Below, in pieces: positions 13,971 to 26,560 of a DNA stretch of 64,000 nt. Made by a program: the position numbers and the translations under genes. The notes under the pieces were generated by a model. That model saw only the letters and a program-made list of their open reading frames with translations, searched no databases and was not told the DNA's origin. The stretch lies in NCBI RefSeq assembly GCF_001194135.2, contig NC_068992.1, positions 63,835,456 through 63,899,455 of the forward strand, read 5' to 3'. Each line of letters begins with the position of its first letter. The stretch's first letter is position 1. Source of the stretch: Octopus bimaculoides (lineage: Eukaryota).

Positions 13971-14601
13971 CTACATAGCTACGCGTTTAATTAAACACAT
14001 CTATATACACACATTATATATATATATAATCCTAACGAAAACTGAAGTACAGTTGGTGAAGTCGGGGGAAAAGGTTTGGATTGCTAAAAAGAGAAACGGA
14101 AAAAAAAAAAGAAAAGACAGAGTAAGAAAGAGAGAGAAAAAAAGACAAACTTGAACATTTTTGTTTCGTTAACAAGAAACAAGACACGATCGTAAGCAAG
14201 ATACAAGTCTCGAATAGAGAAACAGAGGATAAAGTAAATACAGACATAAATACATATATGTTTGTAGAAATATATATACACACACACACACATTATTAGT
14301 GTGAAAATAACGGTTAGTTGCAGTTTGTATTGAGTTGACGATTCCCTGTCGTCGCAGACAAGAGTTGTTATATTATAGTTTCGTCAAAAATGAAATTTGA
14401 ATTCATTAGTATTCTTAGCCAACCTAGTTCTATGTGTTTTCTACTGTCAGACCCGAAAGCTTTTAAGTAGAGTAAGAGACATGAAAGACAAGGGTTTGAT
14501 ATGGGAAGAGAGAGAGAGAGATTGACAAATTTAACCATTTATTCTGTTTGTTTCAAACAAATAACGAAATATGAAGCAAAGATAGCAAAAGGCAAGACGA
14601 G

Positions 14602-14737
14602 TCAGTCCCTCTGACATAAAAAAACTGAGACAAAGATGGTAAACAGAAGCAAACACATACACACATATATATATATATATACATATAGATTGATATACAT
14701 ATAAACACACACTAACATATCGTCAGTGTAAATATAA

Positions 14738-14770
<33 letters not shown>

Positions 14771-15029
14771 TATATATATTTCGTCTGACATATACATATA
14801 TACATTGACATATATATATATACATATATATATGCATTGACATATATATATATATATATACATACATATATGCATTGACATATATATACATGCACAAACA
14901 TATGCACACATGCATCGATATATGTGTACATATATACGTAGACATGTATGTATGTATATATATATACACGTAGGCATACACATATACAGATGTGTAAGCC
15001 TATATATTATAGATGCGAGCGTGTGTGTG

Positions 15030-15070
<41 letters not shown>
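14602..15070. repeat. Compound (TA)/(TACA) microsatellite with repeated TGCATTGACATATA
   Basis: Directly visible; lies in intron 1 of the candidate small gene. Confidence 0.85.
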
Positions 15071-15124
15071 TGTGAAAATAACGGTTAGCACTGCAGCTTG
15101 TTGTTATTCATTTTGGATTCCTAC

Positions 15125-15148
15125 CTCATCTGGAGTTAGTTCACTCAT
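15125..15148 (-). CDS. Candidate small gene, coding exon 1 (MSELTPDE)
   Basis: First ATG after the putative TSS (~15447); donor GAG|gtagga; phase 0. Confidence 0.45.
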
Positions 15149-15443
15149 ACCGAACACCTCCTGTTGATATAGAACCGTGTAGCCGTTTCTTCAACTTTTG
15201 CTGCTCTTATCTCAATGCTCCACTTGTATTTGTTTTGTTTTGGGGGTCCTTTTTTTTGTGTGTGTTTTGCTGGCCCTTAACGGGGACGGTTCCACTAAGC
15301 TTCGCTGTGTTTTGTTAGTTGGTTTTTATATTTTTTTTTTCAACGAGACGAACGAAGTTAGGCAAAAAGGAGAAGATTTTTTTTGTTACAAAAAAAAATG
15401 TTGGAAGGGGTCCTCTGTGTCAAAGAAGGCAGCAGAAGACAAC

Positions 15444-15481
15444 GAATGACTTTATTATACACAATTGAACGTCACTTCCGC
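15444..15481 (-). promoter_or_regulatory. Putative core promoter of the minus-strand small gene
   Basis: On the - strand, GCGGAAGTGAC (ETS) at 15481-15471 and TCATTC (Inr-like TCAKTY) at 15449-15444. Confidence 0.45.
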
Positions 15482-17330
15482 TTTTCAAAACGGAACTATT
15501 GACCTGACCTTGCTAACTATTTTTAAAACTACTTTTACTATTTATTTTTACCATTACCATTATCGTAACTTGTTTTCTACTACTACTTGGTCCGCTTTTA
15601 CTATTATTATAATTATTATTACAACGACTGTTATTTCTATTAATATTATACTAGCATTACCTCTTTCACAAACCGGAACTACTAACCTTAACATTTCTGC
15701 AACTTCGTTTCACTACAACTTTTCCTATTTATTTTTATTACTATTTTTACAATTTGTTTTCTAGCACTACTAGTAGTTCTACTTTTACTATTATTACAAC
15801 GACTGTTATTTCTGTCAACACTATTCTCGTACAGTACGGAACTTCTTATCCGGCTTCCAGAAATCCGGAAATAATTTGCTACATCATGCAGTATATCATA
15901 CTGTGTTTAGTAAATACTTCTCAGCACCTGTAAAAGAGAAAGGAGGGTAGAGAAAGAGAGACAGACAGACGTTACCTCCTACCATGACATTTTACAACTA
16001 ACACCACCACCATCATCATTATAATCATCCTTAGAAATATACAGTATCAGACTTCTTGTGAGGATTACAGAAATTGGGGAATACAGTGCAGTACACTATA
16101 TTGTGAACTGCATAAACAGAGTCTGTTTTTGAAGTCGGTTAATTTGCATGTGGAAGGGTATCTAGTTGTAGAAATAATGCCAAAATCAACAGTGGAGAAT
16201 GAGGTTCTCCTACTTGTCAGGTTCTGCCAAATCGTCCACCATTCTTATTTAACATGATTTTTTTCTTTAGTTTGTTTTTATGTGGATCGATAGAGATCAA
16301 ACATATTCTGCTTTAGAAGTGTGTAAATTTGTACCTGTATCTCCCAAATGAACTCATGTTTGTCGTTTAATTTTCATCCTATGAACATTATAGTGAATAT
16401 ATGGTACTATATGATATATTTTAAGGATTTTAAAGGGATTAATAAATATCGAACAGACCCTACTTTAGAAGTACATTAATTTGAATTTGTAAAATACGAT
16501 TTAGTTCTTTACTTTTCATAGTTTATTCATATTATACATATACGTGCTGTCTCCAGAAAACCGAAAATCCAGAAATCCGGAATACTTCCGGCTCCAAGCA
16601 TGCCGGAATTTTGTCCGGTACTGTATTACATCTTTCACAAACCGGAACTACTCGGCTAACCAAGCTGCAACTACTACGTTTACTATATTATTTACTTTTG
16701 GTTACCCTGTCACTACAGTAGCAACTATTTCTACTGTTACTACAATTTTCACTAATTCTACCAGCAACCGTTATTTCTGTTACTGTCATCGCGGGGCGAA
16801 ATGCATAGTGGTATTTCACCCGTCGTTACTTTTCTGAATTCTAATACTACGGAGGTCAACTTTACTTTTCATCCTTTTCGGGTCGATAAAATAAGTACCG
16901 GTTGAGCACTAGAGCCGATGCAAACGACTTACGAACTCACCCGAATTTCCTGACTTTTGTGACAAAATTTGAAATCATTATATATTCCACAAACCGGAAG
17001 TGCCATCCTTATTTCAATTATTAACATCAATACGACTATTTTGGTTATATATATGTTATTTATTTTCGTATTTACGATTACTACAACTGCTATTATATAA
17101 TTTTTACTATTATTATCACATGTACTACTATAACAGCTGACGCTATTTGTTTACTGACTGTTTTCACAAACCGGAAGTGCTAAAGTTACACTATTATGTT
17201 AACAACGAGTGAAATATTTCTAGTTTATTACTTTTATCGTTAGTACTACTAGCTCTACTTTTACTACTAAAACGACCTTTGTTACTGTTACTCCAAAATT
17301 ACCGTTTCCGTAAACCAGTTCTGACTTTCT
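15482..17330 (+). repeat. Degenerate ~176-bp tandem repeat marked by CACAAACCGGAA(C/G)T, interrupted by a MITE and a SINE fragment
   Basis: Anchors at ~15486, 15667, 16636, 16988 and 17165. Spacing is ~181, 175 (after removing the 794-bp insertion) and 177. Confidence 0.7.
15832..16623. mobile_element. pogo/Tc1-like non-autonomous insertion with TA target-site duplication
   Basis: TA|CAGTACGGAA...TCCGGTACTG|TA; subterminal TCCAGAAATCCGGAA at both ends; removing it restores a satellite unit matching the intact unit at 15614-15686. Confidence 0.7.
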
Positions 17331-18936
17331 ACTTCTATTTTTAGGCTCTTCAGTAAACCTATAGCTGGTCTTTCTATATGCTAGAAATAGCAGCATCATT
17401 TCGTGAAAAATTTCCCAAGGTTGCTTGCTATGTCAAAAGGTGATCTTGATTAAAAAACAATTACAACTTTATTCATCACTTTTTAAATATTATTGATAAA
17501 ATTGATATTAACTATTATTTCTATTTTATTAGACATAATAGTGACAGGACGTCTGACAAAATGTCTTTGAAGTAGTTGAGTTATGTCCCTTCATCTTTAT
17601 TTCAAAAACTGTTGAACTTCTAATATTTAGCTTTAAAAGAAGGCGGTGAGCTTGTAGAAGCGTTAGCACGCCGGACGAAATGCTTAGCGATATTTCGTCC
17701 GTCTTTCACGTTCTGAGTTCAAATTCCGCCGAGGTCGACTTTGCCCGTCATCCTGTGAAGGTCGATAAAATAAGTACTAGTTGATCACTGGAGTAACTAT
17801 AATCGACTTACCCACCCCCTGACATTGCTGGCCTTGTGTCAAAATTCGAAACCAATATTTAGCTTTCCATCCCTTCAAGGTTCAATAAAATGGTTCTAAA
17901 AGAAACTAGAAAAGTTTCAATAAAACATTGATGTAATCTTTTCCATTATTTTGTTGAGAATATTAAATACAACGTGACTTTTTTTCTTTTTTTTCTTCAG
18001 GTTTATTAACATTTCGTCTGTTTTTACGTTTCAAGTTCAAATTCCACGAAAGTCATCTTTGCCTATCATCCAGCACTAGGGACTATGTCATCGACTAACT
18101 TCATTCCTTCAGAATTTCAGGTTTAATGTTTATATTAGAAAAGGTTATATAATTTGTATAGTTGTTGCATACAATTCATGTACTAGTTAACAAGTGACTT
18201 AAAATATTTAATTTGGTTGCTTTAATTTAAAATGAGATATTTTCCTTCTTGAAACTGATTTTCTGTTCAATTAAATAAAATACCACTCCTGTCATAAAGC
18301 AGAAGGACACATTGAATAATGTAGTCTTAGATACACTATGCTTGAAAAGAAGACTGACTGATGGTCATGGCTAGAACGCATAGCCATGGCCATAGATTCG
18401 CTCAATTCGGACTAACCTGAGAGTTGAAAAAATACACGTTGCTACTTTCACTTTCATTTCTGAAGTGTCAGAATCTCCATCACATCTGCAATGTGGTTGG
18501 TGAAACAGATCCACAGTCTATAGACGAAAGCATTGTGTGTGAACTTGGTAGACAAAAACTGAAAGACGCCTATATATATATATATATATATATATATCAT
18601 CATTATCATTTAACGTCCGTTGTCCATGCTGGCATGGGTTGGATAGTTTGACCAGGATGGGAAGCTGGAAGGTTGCACCAGACTCCGGTCTGATTTGGTA
18701 TGGTTTTCTATTTGCCTGGATGCCCTTCCTAACACTAACCACTCTGTAATGGGTGCTTTTATGTGCCACCACCATGGGTGCCATTTGTGTGATGCCAGTA
18801 TCTGCTACGATTGTGATTTTGCTTAGCTTGATGGGTTTTCTTCTCAACTACAACATAATGTCAAAGGTCTCAGTCATTGCCTCTGTGAAAGGAACTCAGC
18901 TACTTTGCCTCCGTGAGGTCCAAAGCTCGAAAGGAA

Positions 18937-18982
<46 letters not shown>

Positions 18983-20567
18983 ATGGGCTTCTTTCAGTAT
19001 CTTATTTCTTTACTGCCCACAAGGGGCTACACACGTGTTATTCATGCGTTAGAAATTCCAACAACAAAGTCAACACAATGGAAAAAATAATTCTGTACTT
19101 TTATAAATATTTGATTCAGAGGGCTCTGTAATTAAGTTTCCAGGACGAGAAAATATTCAAAATGGGTTCATGTCGTAGCAGCCTGTCTCCATAACATTAA
19201 GTGCTACCCATTAGACTGAGTAAATAGCCATTAAAACAGATTTCAAAAGCTGTTGCTATGCCGTGATTTCAACTCAGTAATTTGATGACTCAGTTTTGAG
19301 TCTTGCTATAGGCTAAACTGAAAAGCAAAGTTCTGAGAACAGCAAAGGACTGACATGTGAGTATGTGCACAGCAGCCAAACTCCGCATCGCTGGAACTGT
19401 GAAGCGCACAGTTCTATCCAAGGATTTTTTTCATAAACTAGGGGATAGCTACTGACATTAAGCTTAAGGATCATATAATGTACAAGTATAAAGAAAGGAC
19501 TCTTTATATTGAATGCTACCGATAATATCGAGTGGAAATAGGGGATGCTGCAGATTCGCAGTGAATGTACACAAGCTGCCACTGCTGAAGCAAGAATTCC
19601 CAACTGCAGATCCATAGTCTCGCAAACTAACAGTATCCTTGTTGTTGTCAAAATATATATAACGCATAAATAGAGTCTGAAAAATTGTTTTAAGATACAT
19701 GGCATATTTTATAAATATGCATGTTCAAGTAATATAATAGTATGAAACTATTGGTAACTTTATCAGTTGTGTATTGAAATTGATATTTATCTCTCACTGG
19801 ATGGAGTACTATTTTGGTTGATTCTATGTATATTGAATCTGTAAACTATATGTGTGGTGTGTGTGTGTGTGTGCGTGCGTGTGTGTGAAGGTACATGGCT
19901 AAGTGGTTAGGGTAATGAGTGAAACAGGTAAAAGATAGGCTGGATTTGAACTCAGAACGAAAATGGCCATAACTAACCACTGTAGGCATTTTGCCAGTAG
20001 TTCTGCTAATTCACTGGAATTATATACAAATGAATTCGCAGCTTGTTTGATAAATTTTATTTTTATGAGCTTTTTTCCTAAACCACACCAGTGTGAAAAA
20101 TATGGGAGTGTATCTTCTTAAATTATATGATGGGGCTGATGAATGTCTTCTCATTGAAAATGTAAATTTTGTTACGGCTGGGGAGTCATACTGCTTTAAT
20201 ATCTAACACACTCACCAGTTCAATTTCCACTCATTTATTATTTATATTTTTTCTTTTCAAAAATTTTCGTTGCTTTTGCATCCTTGTCAACGGATGATGA
20301 TTCTCCGTTATCAGAGCTGTGTTCCTTTTGTCTGTTTGTGCACATATGTGTGCCAGCGTGCATGTGTATGTACATACACATGTATGTATGTCTGTGTGTG
20401 TGTGCAAATTTTGTTATTTATACAAATCTGGAGTTGCATGGCCTAGGGTGTTCGGCTCATGATCACATTATCATGGGTTCAATTTCTGGACCAGCAGGGC
20501 ATTGCATTCTTGAGCAAGGCACTTCATTCCACGTTGGTACAGTCTAATCACCTGAAAATGAGAGTAT

Positions 20568-21242
20568 ACTTCCACATGTCCCTGCAACCTCCACAACTTT
20601 CCAAAAAAATAAAAATGGATATTTTTGTATGAAATTTTCACCAAATATGCTTCAGGTGTGTAGATTCCGATTGTATCAAATTTGCTGTGAAAATATTTAT
20701 TTGTTTTTTCGTGAGTGGGGAGTGGAATTTCGGAAAATTCCACGAATCGGTTTTGTTCCCTCGTAACTTTCAGGAAAATGGGTATTTTAAAATGAAATTT
20801 TATATAAATACCTTTCAGATTACGATTATATTGGGATTTAATGTGAAAAACAAAACTAGAGAACTCGTACACATACATACTGACACACAAAGTATATATA
20901 TCTACAAAATGAAAATGGAAATTTAAAAAAAAATTGTGATGTCAGAACGTATGTATGTCCACTCACGAATCTTCTATTTCATATTAAATAACGATGAGTA
21001 CTTGTAGAAAATTTCATTAAAAATATCTATTTTTCCGAAAGTTATGAGGAAACAAAGCCAACTCCTGTGAATTTTCCGAAACTCATCACCCCACCATCGG
21101 AAATATTTTCTCAACATAAATTCCGATATATTCTGAATCTACACCATCTAAAGTGTAATTGTAAAAAATTTCATTGAAAAATACCCAGTTTTCTGGAAGT
21201 TATGAGGCAACAAAGTTGTGGGGTGGAGCACACATGTGAAGG
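20568..21242. mobile_element. Foldback-type element with ~230-250-bp imperfect inverted arms
   Basis: 20590-20820 is the reverse complement of ~20995-21230 (ATGAAATTTT, GTGTAGATTC, TTTCGGAAAATTC, TAACTTTC shared). A related copy lies at 28090-28610. Confidence 0.7.
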
Positions 21243-22169
21243 TTTGCCCAAATCTGGAGTTAAATAGCCTAGTGCTTGGGATATTTGATTCACGATCAAC
21301 TGGACCGGCGGTGTGTTACGTTCTTGAGCAATGCACCTGATTCCACATTGCTCCAGTCAACTCAGCTAAAAATGAGTATCACTGGGTGCAGCTCTCTCTC
21401 TCCCCCTCCAGCTGTTTGTTACACCTCGGACGTAACAAAAGGTGGGAGGGCTGAGAAAATGTCTAGTCTGCTCATGACTACATAGGCACCTAAAACAATT
21501 AGCGAAAGCATGGTACATGTTACCAAACTCTAAACGTTCACTGGGTAACAGCTGGTTCTCTAGAATGCATACAAAACTGTCCTGCTAGCAGAGACAGTGT
21601 TTTAAACTGTGTAGAAAAACACGGACAAATGTCCAAGAAGAATTAATTGATGTACTGAGATTTCTAGTAGTAAACTGACGCAAACTTGTTGTGCTCAGCA
21701 AAGACGACTTGTGATCCGAGATGAATGTTGTTTCATAAGCCTTTTCCTGTATTTCAACTTTGTAACCAGATTACTATCGCTGTTTTTCCAAATAAGAAAG
21801 TAATCTTGTACACAACACTATTACACAACATAAACAGCCTTATGTTAAACAAAAACATTAGCATCCTTAAATTCAACATTGAGGAAAATTAACTGATCGA
21901 AAACACGACGAATACTGACCAAGAATTTTCCAATCTATAAACAATCTTCCGAGGAAATTTCTCTTGGATTAAGAATTTCGGTCGTAACTAAAGATCGAAG
22001 TAAACAGCAACAAAAGTGAAAGCTAATAAGTTACCGATAGAAAGTCCCTAGAGAAAATGAAAACTACTTTTGTGAAAGTATAAACAGGATGTTATAATCC
22101 AAGATCGCCTTGATTAGTTCAGAAGTATTAAGAAAATTAAATGGCAATTCCTTCAGCAAAGAAGAAAGA

Positions 22170-22657
22170 TGACGTCACACATCAGTGTGTGTGTGTGTGT
22201 GTGTGTGTGTATGCATGCGTTTGTATATTTTGCATGCGTGTGTATGACACAGGAAGTGTTTAGTCGTTGACCTTTCTTTATAAGCTTACTAGGGCGACGG
22301 CGGTGACGGTAGGCAGAGAGTGAAAAAGCGGCGGCGGGTTAATGATAGAAGAGGAAGTGAAGGAGACGGCAGTGGCTGCGGAGGAGAAAAAGGAGGAGGA
22401 GGAGGATAAAGTGGCGGCGGCGGGGCGGAAGCTATGCCACAATAAATGAATAAATAAAAAGAGGAAAAAGAAAAAGCGAAAGGAAAAAAAGAAAAGGAAA
22501 ACAAGGCAACAACATGGCGGAATAAATAAGATGTCTGAGTGAGTTGAGTTGTTTTAGTTTGGTTGGTATAGTTTTGTGACCTGTGTGATTCCTTGGACAA
22601 GGTCTATACGCCTTGTTTTATGCGTGTTCTTCAGACACAGACCACTCATGTGAACCG
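22170..22657 (+). promoter_or_regulatory. GC/CpG-rich promoter and probable non-coding first exon of SLC35E2
   Basis: CRE palindrome TGACGTCA 22170-22177, ETS-type ACAGGAAGTG 22249-22258, GGCGGC runs 22290-22430, YY1-like AACATGGCGG 22511-22520, consensus donor CCG|GTAAGT after 22657. Assignment to SLC35E2 is inference (same strand, next + strand coding exon). Confidence 0.6.
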
Positions 22658-22938
22658 GTAAGTATTGGATCTCTCATCATTATATTACTCAAAAAACGTC
22701 GCTACTCATGATAGATTAAATATATCTATCTATCTATCTATCTGTTTATCATCCATGCTAATCTTCATTTGACACGAGAATTATTTGAAGTGATGTTTAG
22801 AAAATTCTCATAGACATAAATAAATGCATATAGAGTATATATAATTGCGTGTGTATATATATATACATATATATGCTTATATATTCGGCCGTAATGGCTA
22901 AAACCTAATATAACATATAGAGAGGTGTGTGAACGTAA

Positions 22939-22983
<45 letters not shown>

Positions 22984-24649
22984 CATACACACACACGTAC
23001 GTGTATATTGTAGCGGTTATGTAAAATTCTTTAGTTTTACTTGAGGGCTGTCTGTTTAACTATCGACATTGCTTTAAGCGCTGGGTCGTGGTAATTCTCG
23101 GTAGTATTGTATCTTCTGACATAATTCCAACTCGCCACGTTGTCAGTCTAACCATATATCCAAACTGTCTTCTACAGCATGTTCAGTTTGGTCTGTCAAA
23201 GAAAAATAAATGACAAACACAAAAACAAAAACGGTACAGTGTGGCTTTGGCGGAACGGTAGATGCAGTTCTGCTCCTAAATTTTATGTATGCAATATATT
23301 TATACATATATATATATATATATATGGCGTGTACGGCAAATATACCTGTGTGTATATATATATATGTTGCAAATGTTTATATATATATTGTATGTCTGGC
23401 ATATATTTGTGTGTGTATATATATATATATATATATACATACAAATATATATATATATATTATGTAGCATGTATTGCATGTCAGTGGCGCGCACGCACAC
23501 ACGACACATATTCTTCATTATCATTTTTACGTCCGCTTTCCATGTTGGCATGGGTTGGAAGATTAGACACGCTCCAACAGGTGAGAGTACAGCTTCTTGC
23601 TCCAGTGTCTGTTTTGGCATGGTTTCTATGGCTGTGTATCTTTCCGAAGGCCAACTACTTTACAGAGCATACAGGGCGCTATTTTCATTGCCCCAGCACT
23701 CATGCAAACACCTTGTAACTCGCCAGACCGAAGAGATTCCTCACCTGAAAGAGAGAATAGATAATAGGGTGGTTGCTGTATGCAAGCTGTCGAGAAGTTA
23801 ATGTATGATGAAAGAACGAGGGACCGGTTTGTTGTGGAGATGATTCATGGCTATTTTGCATTTTACATGGGTGGATGTGGGTGACTTCAGTGGCACGACG
23901 AAGGTAAATTTGGTGGTGGTAGGTTGCTAGAACATACCCTCAAGGTAACATGTTGAAGAAGATGAATGGAAGGAAACATGGAGACAGGAGGATCGGCAGA
24001 GGTGGGTAATGTTGTAAGAGTGTGAGGTGAGGGGGGAGTGAGAGATGGATATAAGCATGGGTTGGAGGTGGCCAGATGTGTATGTGAATAGTGAAACAGG
24101 AGTAGAGTGGTGATCGATGGTAAATCTAAGTAGGGGTGGGGGGTATAAAAATGATGGATGGATGGATGTCAATTGGGACTAGCTTAGCAGAGAGGAAGTG
24201 GTGACTGGCAGTACAGAAATTGTGATATAAAACATAGCATGAGGCTGTAATTTCATTATTTACAGCATCAGAATGCTGCTTTAAGGCAGGGCTAAAGGTT
24301 GCAAGGGTGTGGAGGAAGAGTGAGAGATGAGTAAAGCAGGGATGGTGGTAACCAGTGTTAAAAATGATGGTAAATCTAGGTGCAGGTAACAGTAAGAATG
24401 AGGGATGGATGTTAATAGGCAGTGATTCAGGTGTGGGACTCAGTTGTCTGGGTGAATGAGGTAAGGAGGAGAATGGTGAAATAACAGCAAGTTACAGTCT
24501 TCGCAAAGACATGGGGTGAGGGACCCAATCGTGTACATATACATGTTTCAACAACCTCAATTGTGTGCATTCACATTATTCTTTAAGAATTTTAGTTATG
24601 CTTTAATAGCATAGCTAGGCAGGTCTTCTCAATGCACTGCATATCACCA

Positions 24650-26560
24650 ATTTTCTTGGTCCTTTGTTATTCTCTTCATGAGGCTCAACTTACACCACTT
24701 CATCTCACACCTTTCTGGGTCTCCCTATTCTAGGTTCCACCCACTACAAGCAAGTGGCACTTGTTTACACAACTATCTTCATCCATACACACCAAAATCT
24801 TTTCTCTTCCACACCACATCTGATTCCTCTCATGCTTAGCACCTGTACTTTGTCATTCATGCACTCTGACATAGTACATCCAGCAGAACACATTTGCTTA
24901 ATTTCTTTCTAATCTTTGCAAGGTTCTCTACATTCACAGCCCACATCTTACTACCTACCATGAAGCATTGCTGTTCAAAAGACAAGCATCATACAGTGTA
25001 CCTTGTTACCAACAGATGCAGCTTCCTAAACCTTCTACAAACTGTTCTTATACCAGCTACTATGTTTCCAGAATATCCTCTACTACTGCTAATTAAGTTA
25101 TCTGAATATCAGAAACCATCTACAATTTCTAGGGATCCTCCTGGGCACTTGAGAGCATCTATTTCTCATGCACTCTTAGTGTTTATTGCATCTGAACATC
25201 TTTAACTGCTCACGATCCCACTGTATCTCTTTTGTATTCATAGTGTGCATTCGGTACACCATATTGGATTTCTACACATTGAGCAAGGCCAGTTTCCTTA
25301 TGGTTGCAGGGCCCTGTCTCTTTTGTTATGTATTAATACTTTAGTCTTTGCTAAGCTAACTTAGTCTTTTGATTCCAGGTTTTCCTTCCCTACCTGAAAT
25401 TTCTTCTTTAATCCTACCACAGATTCAGCTATAAGAACAAGGCCATCAGCATATAGGAATTCCCAGAGGCATCCAGTTTTAATCTCCTATGCTATGGCCA
25501 GGGCTCAGTACTCAGTCACCTATTTATCAACACTGAGTCCTGATGGAATACCTGCTCACTAAATTCATCACTTCTCATTACTAACTCTCACCTTGCTGAC
25601 AGCATCCCTATACCTGGATTGTATGATTCTCACAAGCCATTCTTCTACTTCCAACTTAAACAATGCACGTCCTATCACCAAGTGACAGACTCTGTCAAAG
25701 GCTTTCTCCAGATTGACAAATACTAGGTACAGTGGCTCACTTTTATCTCAGTATTTCTCACTTAGAAGATGGTATCAGTAGGACTTCTTCCTGGCACATA
25801 ACTGGACTTCATCCCATCTACACTAACTTTCTCCCATATCAATTGAGTTATAACTCTTTCTGTGACTTTCATGACTTGGTGTAGCAATTTGATACCACTG
25901 TAATTAATTCTCTCCAATGCATCATTTTTACCCTTGTAACAGTTTGACTACAATGCTTCTATGTCAGTCATTGGACGTGATATCTTTTTGTGCGGCCTGA
26001 TTGACAATATGGATAACTCGCTCATATCCTGCTCACATCTGAATGGTAATTCCTGGTAGATCAGGAACTTTCCTTATTTTCATATCTTTATTTGCTTTCT
26101 ACATCATGCTAAAGCCTTCTAGAATGGCTGGCCCCCTTCTTGAGTCTATGTTGAGAAACCGTTATATGCATTTCCCACATTTAACGGCCTTTCATAATAG
26201 CACTTCCAACTCTCTTCCTTTTCATCATCATCATAGAAACATTAAATCCAAGTGTGCCATTATCCATCCACCCACAATTTCATGATTTCTTCAGATACAC
26301 TGTCTTGCAATCCAGAACACTTCACTCTGCTGGTCCTCACATTGTAGAATATTGACAAGCCCCTCATGTTCTGTTTTACCTCTTACTAAAATAGATCTGC
26401 CACTTAGCTTGCCTTTTTGTTACCTGATATAATTCTCTACTTCTCCTGTCTCTGCTGTTATAGCTCTGTCTGTCTCGCTGTTTTATGACCATATCACCTG
26501 TCTGGCTGGAATCTTGCACCAGCCATGGATATGGCCATTAGCCCTCAACAGGAACTCACT
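24650..26560 (-). mobile_element. Degenerate RTE LINE, reverse-transcriptase region
   Basis: The - strand of 25430-25730 reads LVFVNLEKAFDRV...EEWLVRIIQSRYRDAVSKVRV...KTGCLWEFLYADG (RT motifs), with stops and frameshifts. Confidence 0.85.

Noticed and set aside
19180-19700. Non-microsatellite stretch with 130- and 78-codon ORFs
   Set aside because: No recognisable motif and no clean splice boundaries; possibly a decayed transposase that I cannot identify.
20136-20180. CTGATGA...GAAA hammerhead-like text in a repeat at ~20060-20340
   Set aside because: Stem II is out of register by one base, there is no U16.1-H17 site, and no stem I partner. At best a dead relic.
22289-22600. Pro-rich 103-aa minus-strand ORF
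   Set aside because: Product of GGC/GGA low-complexity promoter sequence.
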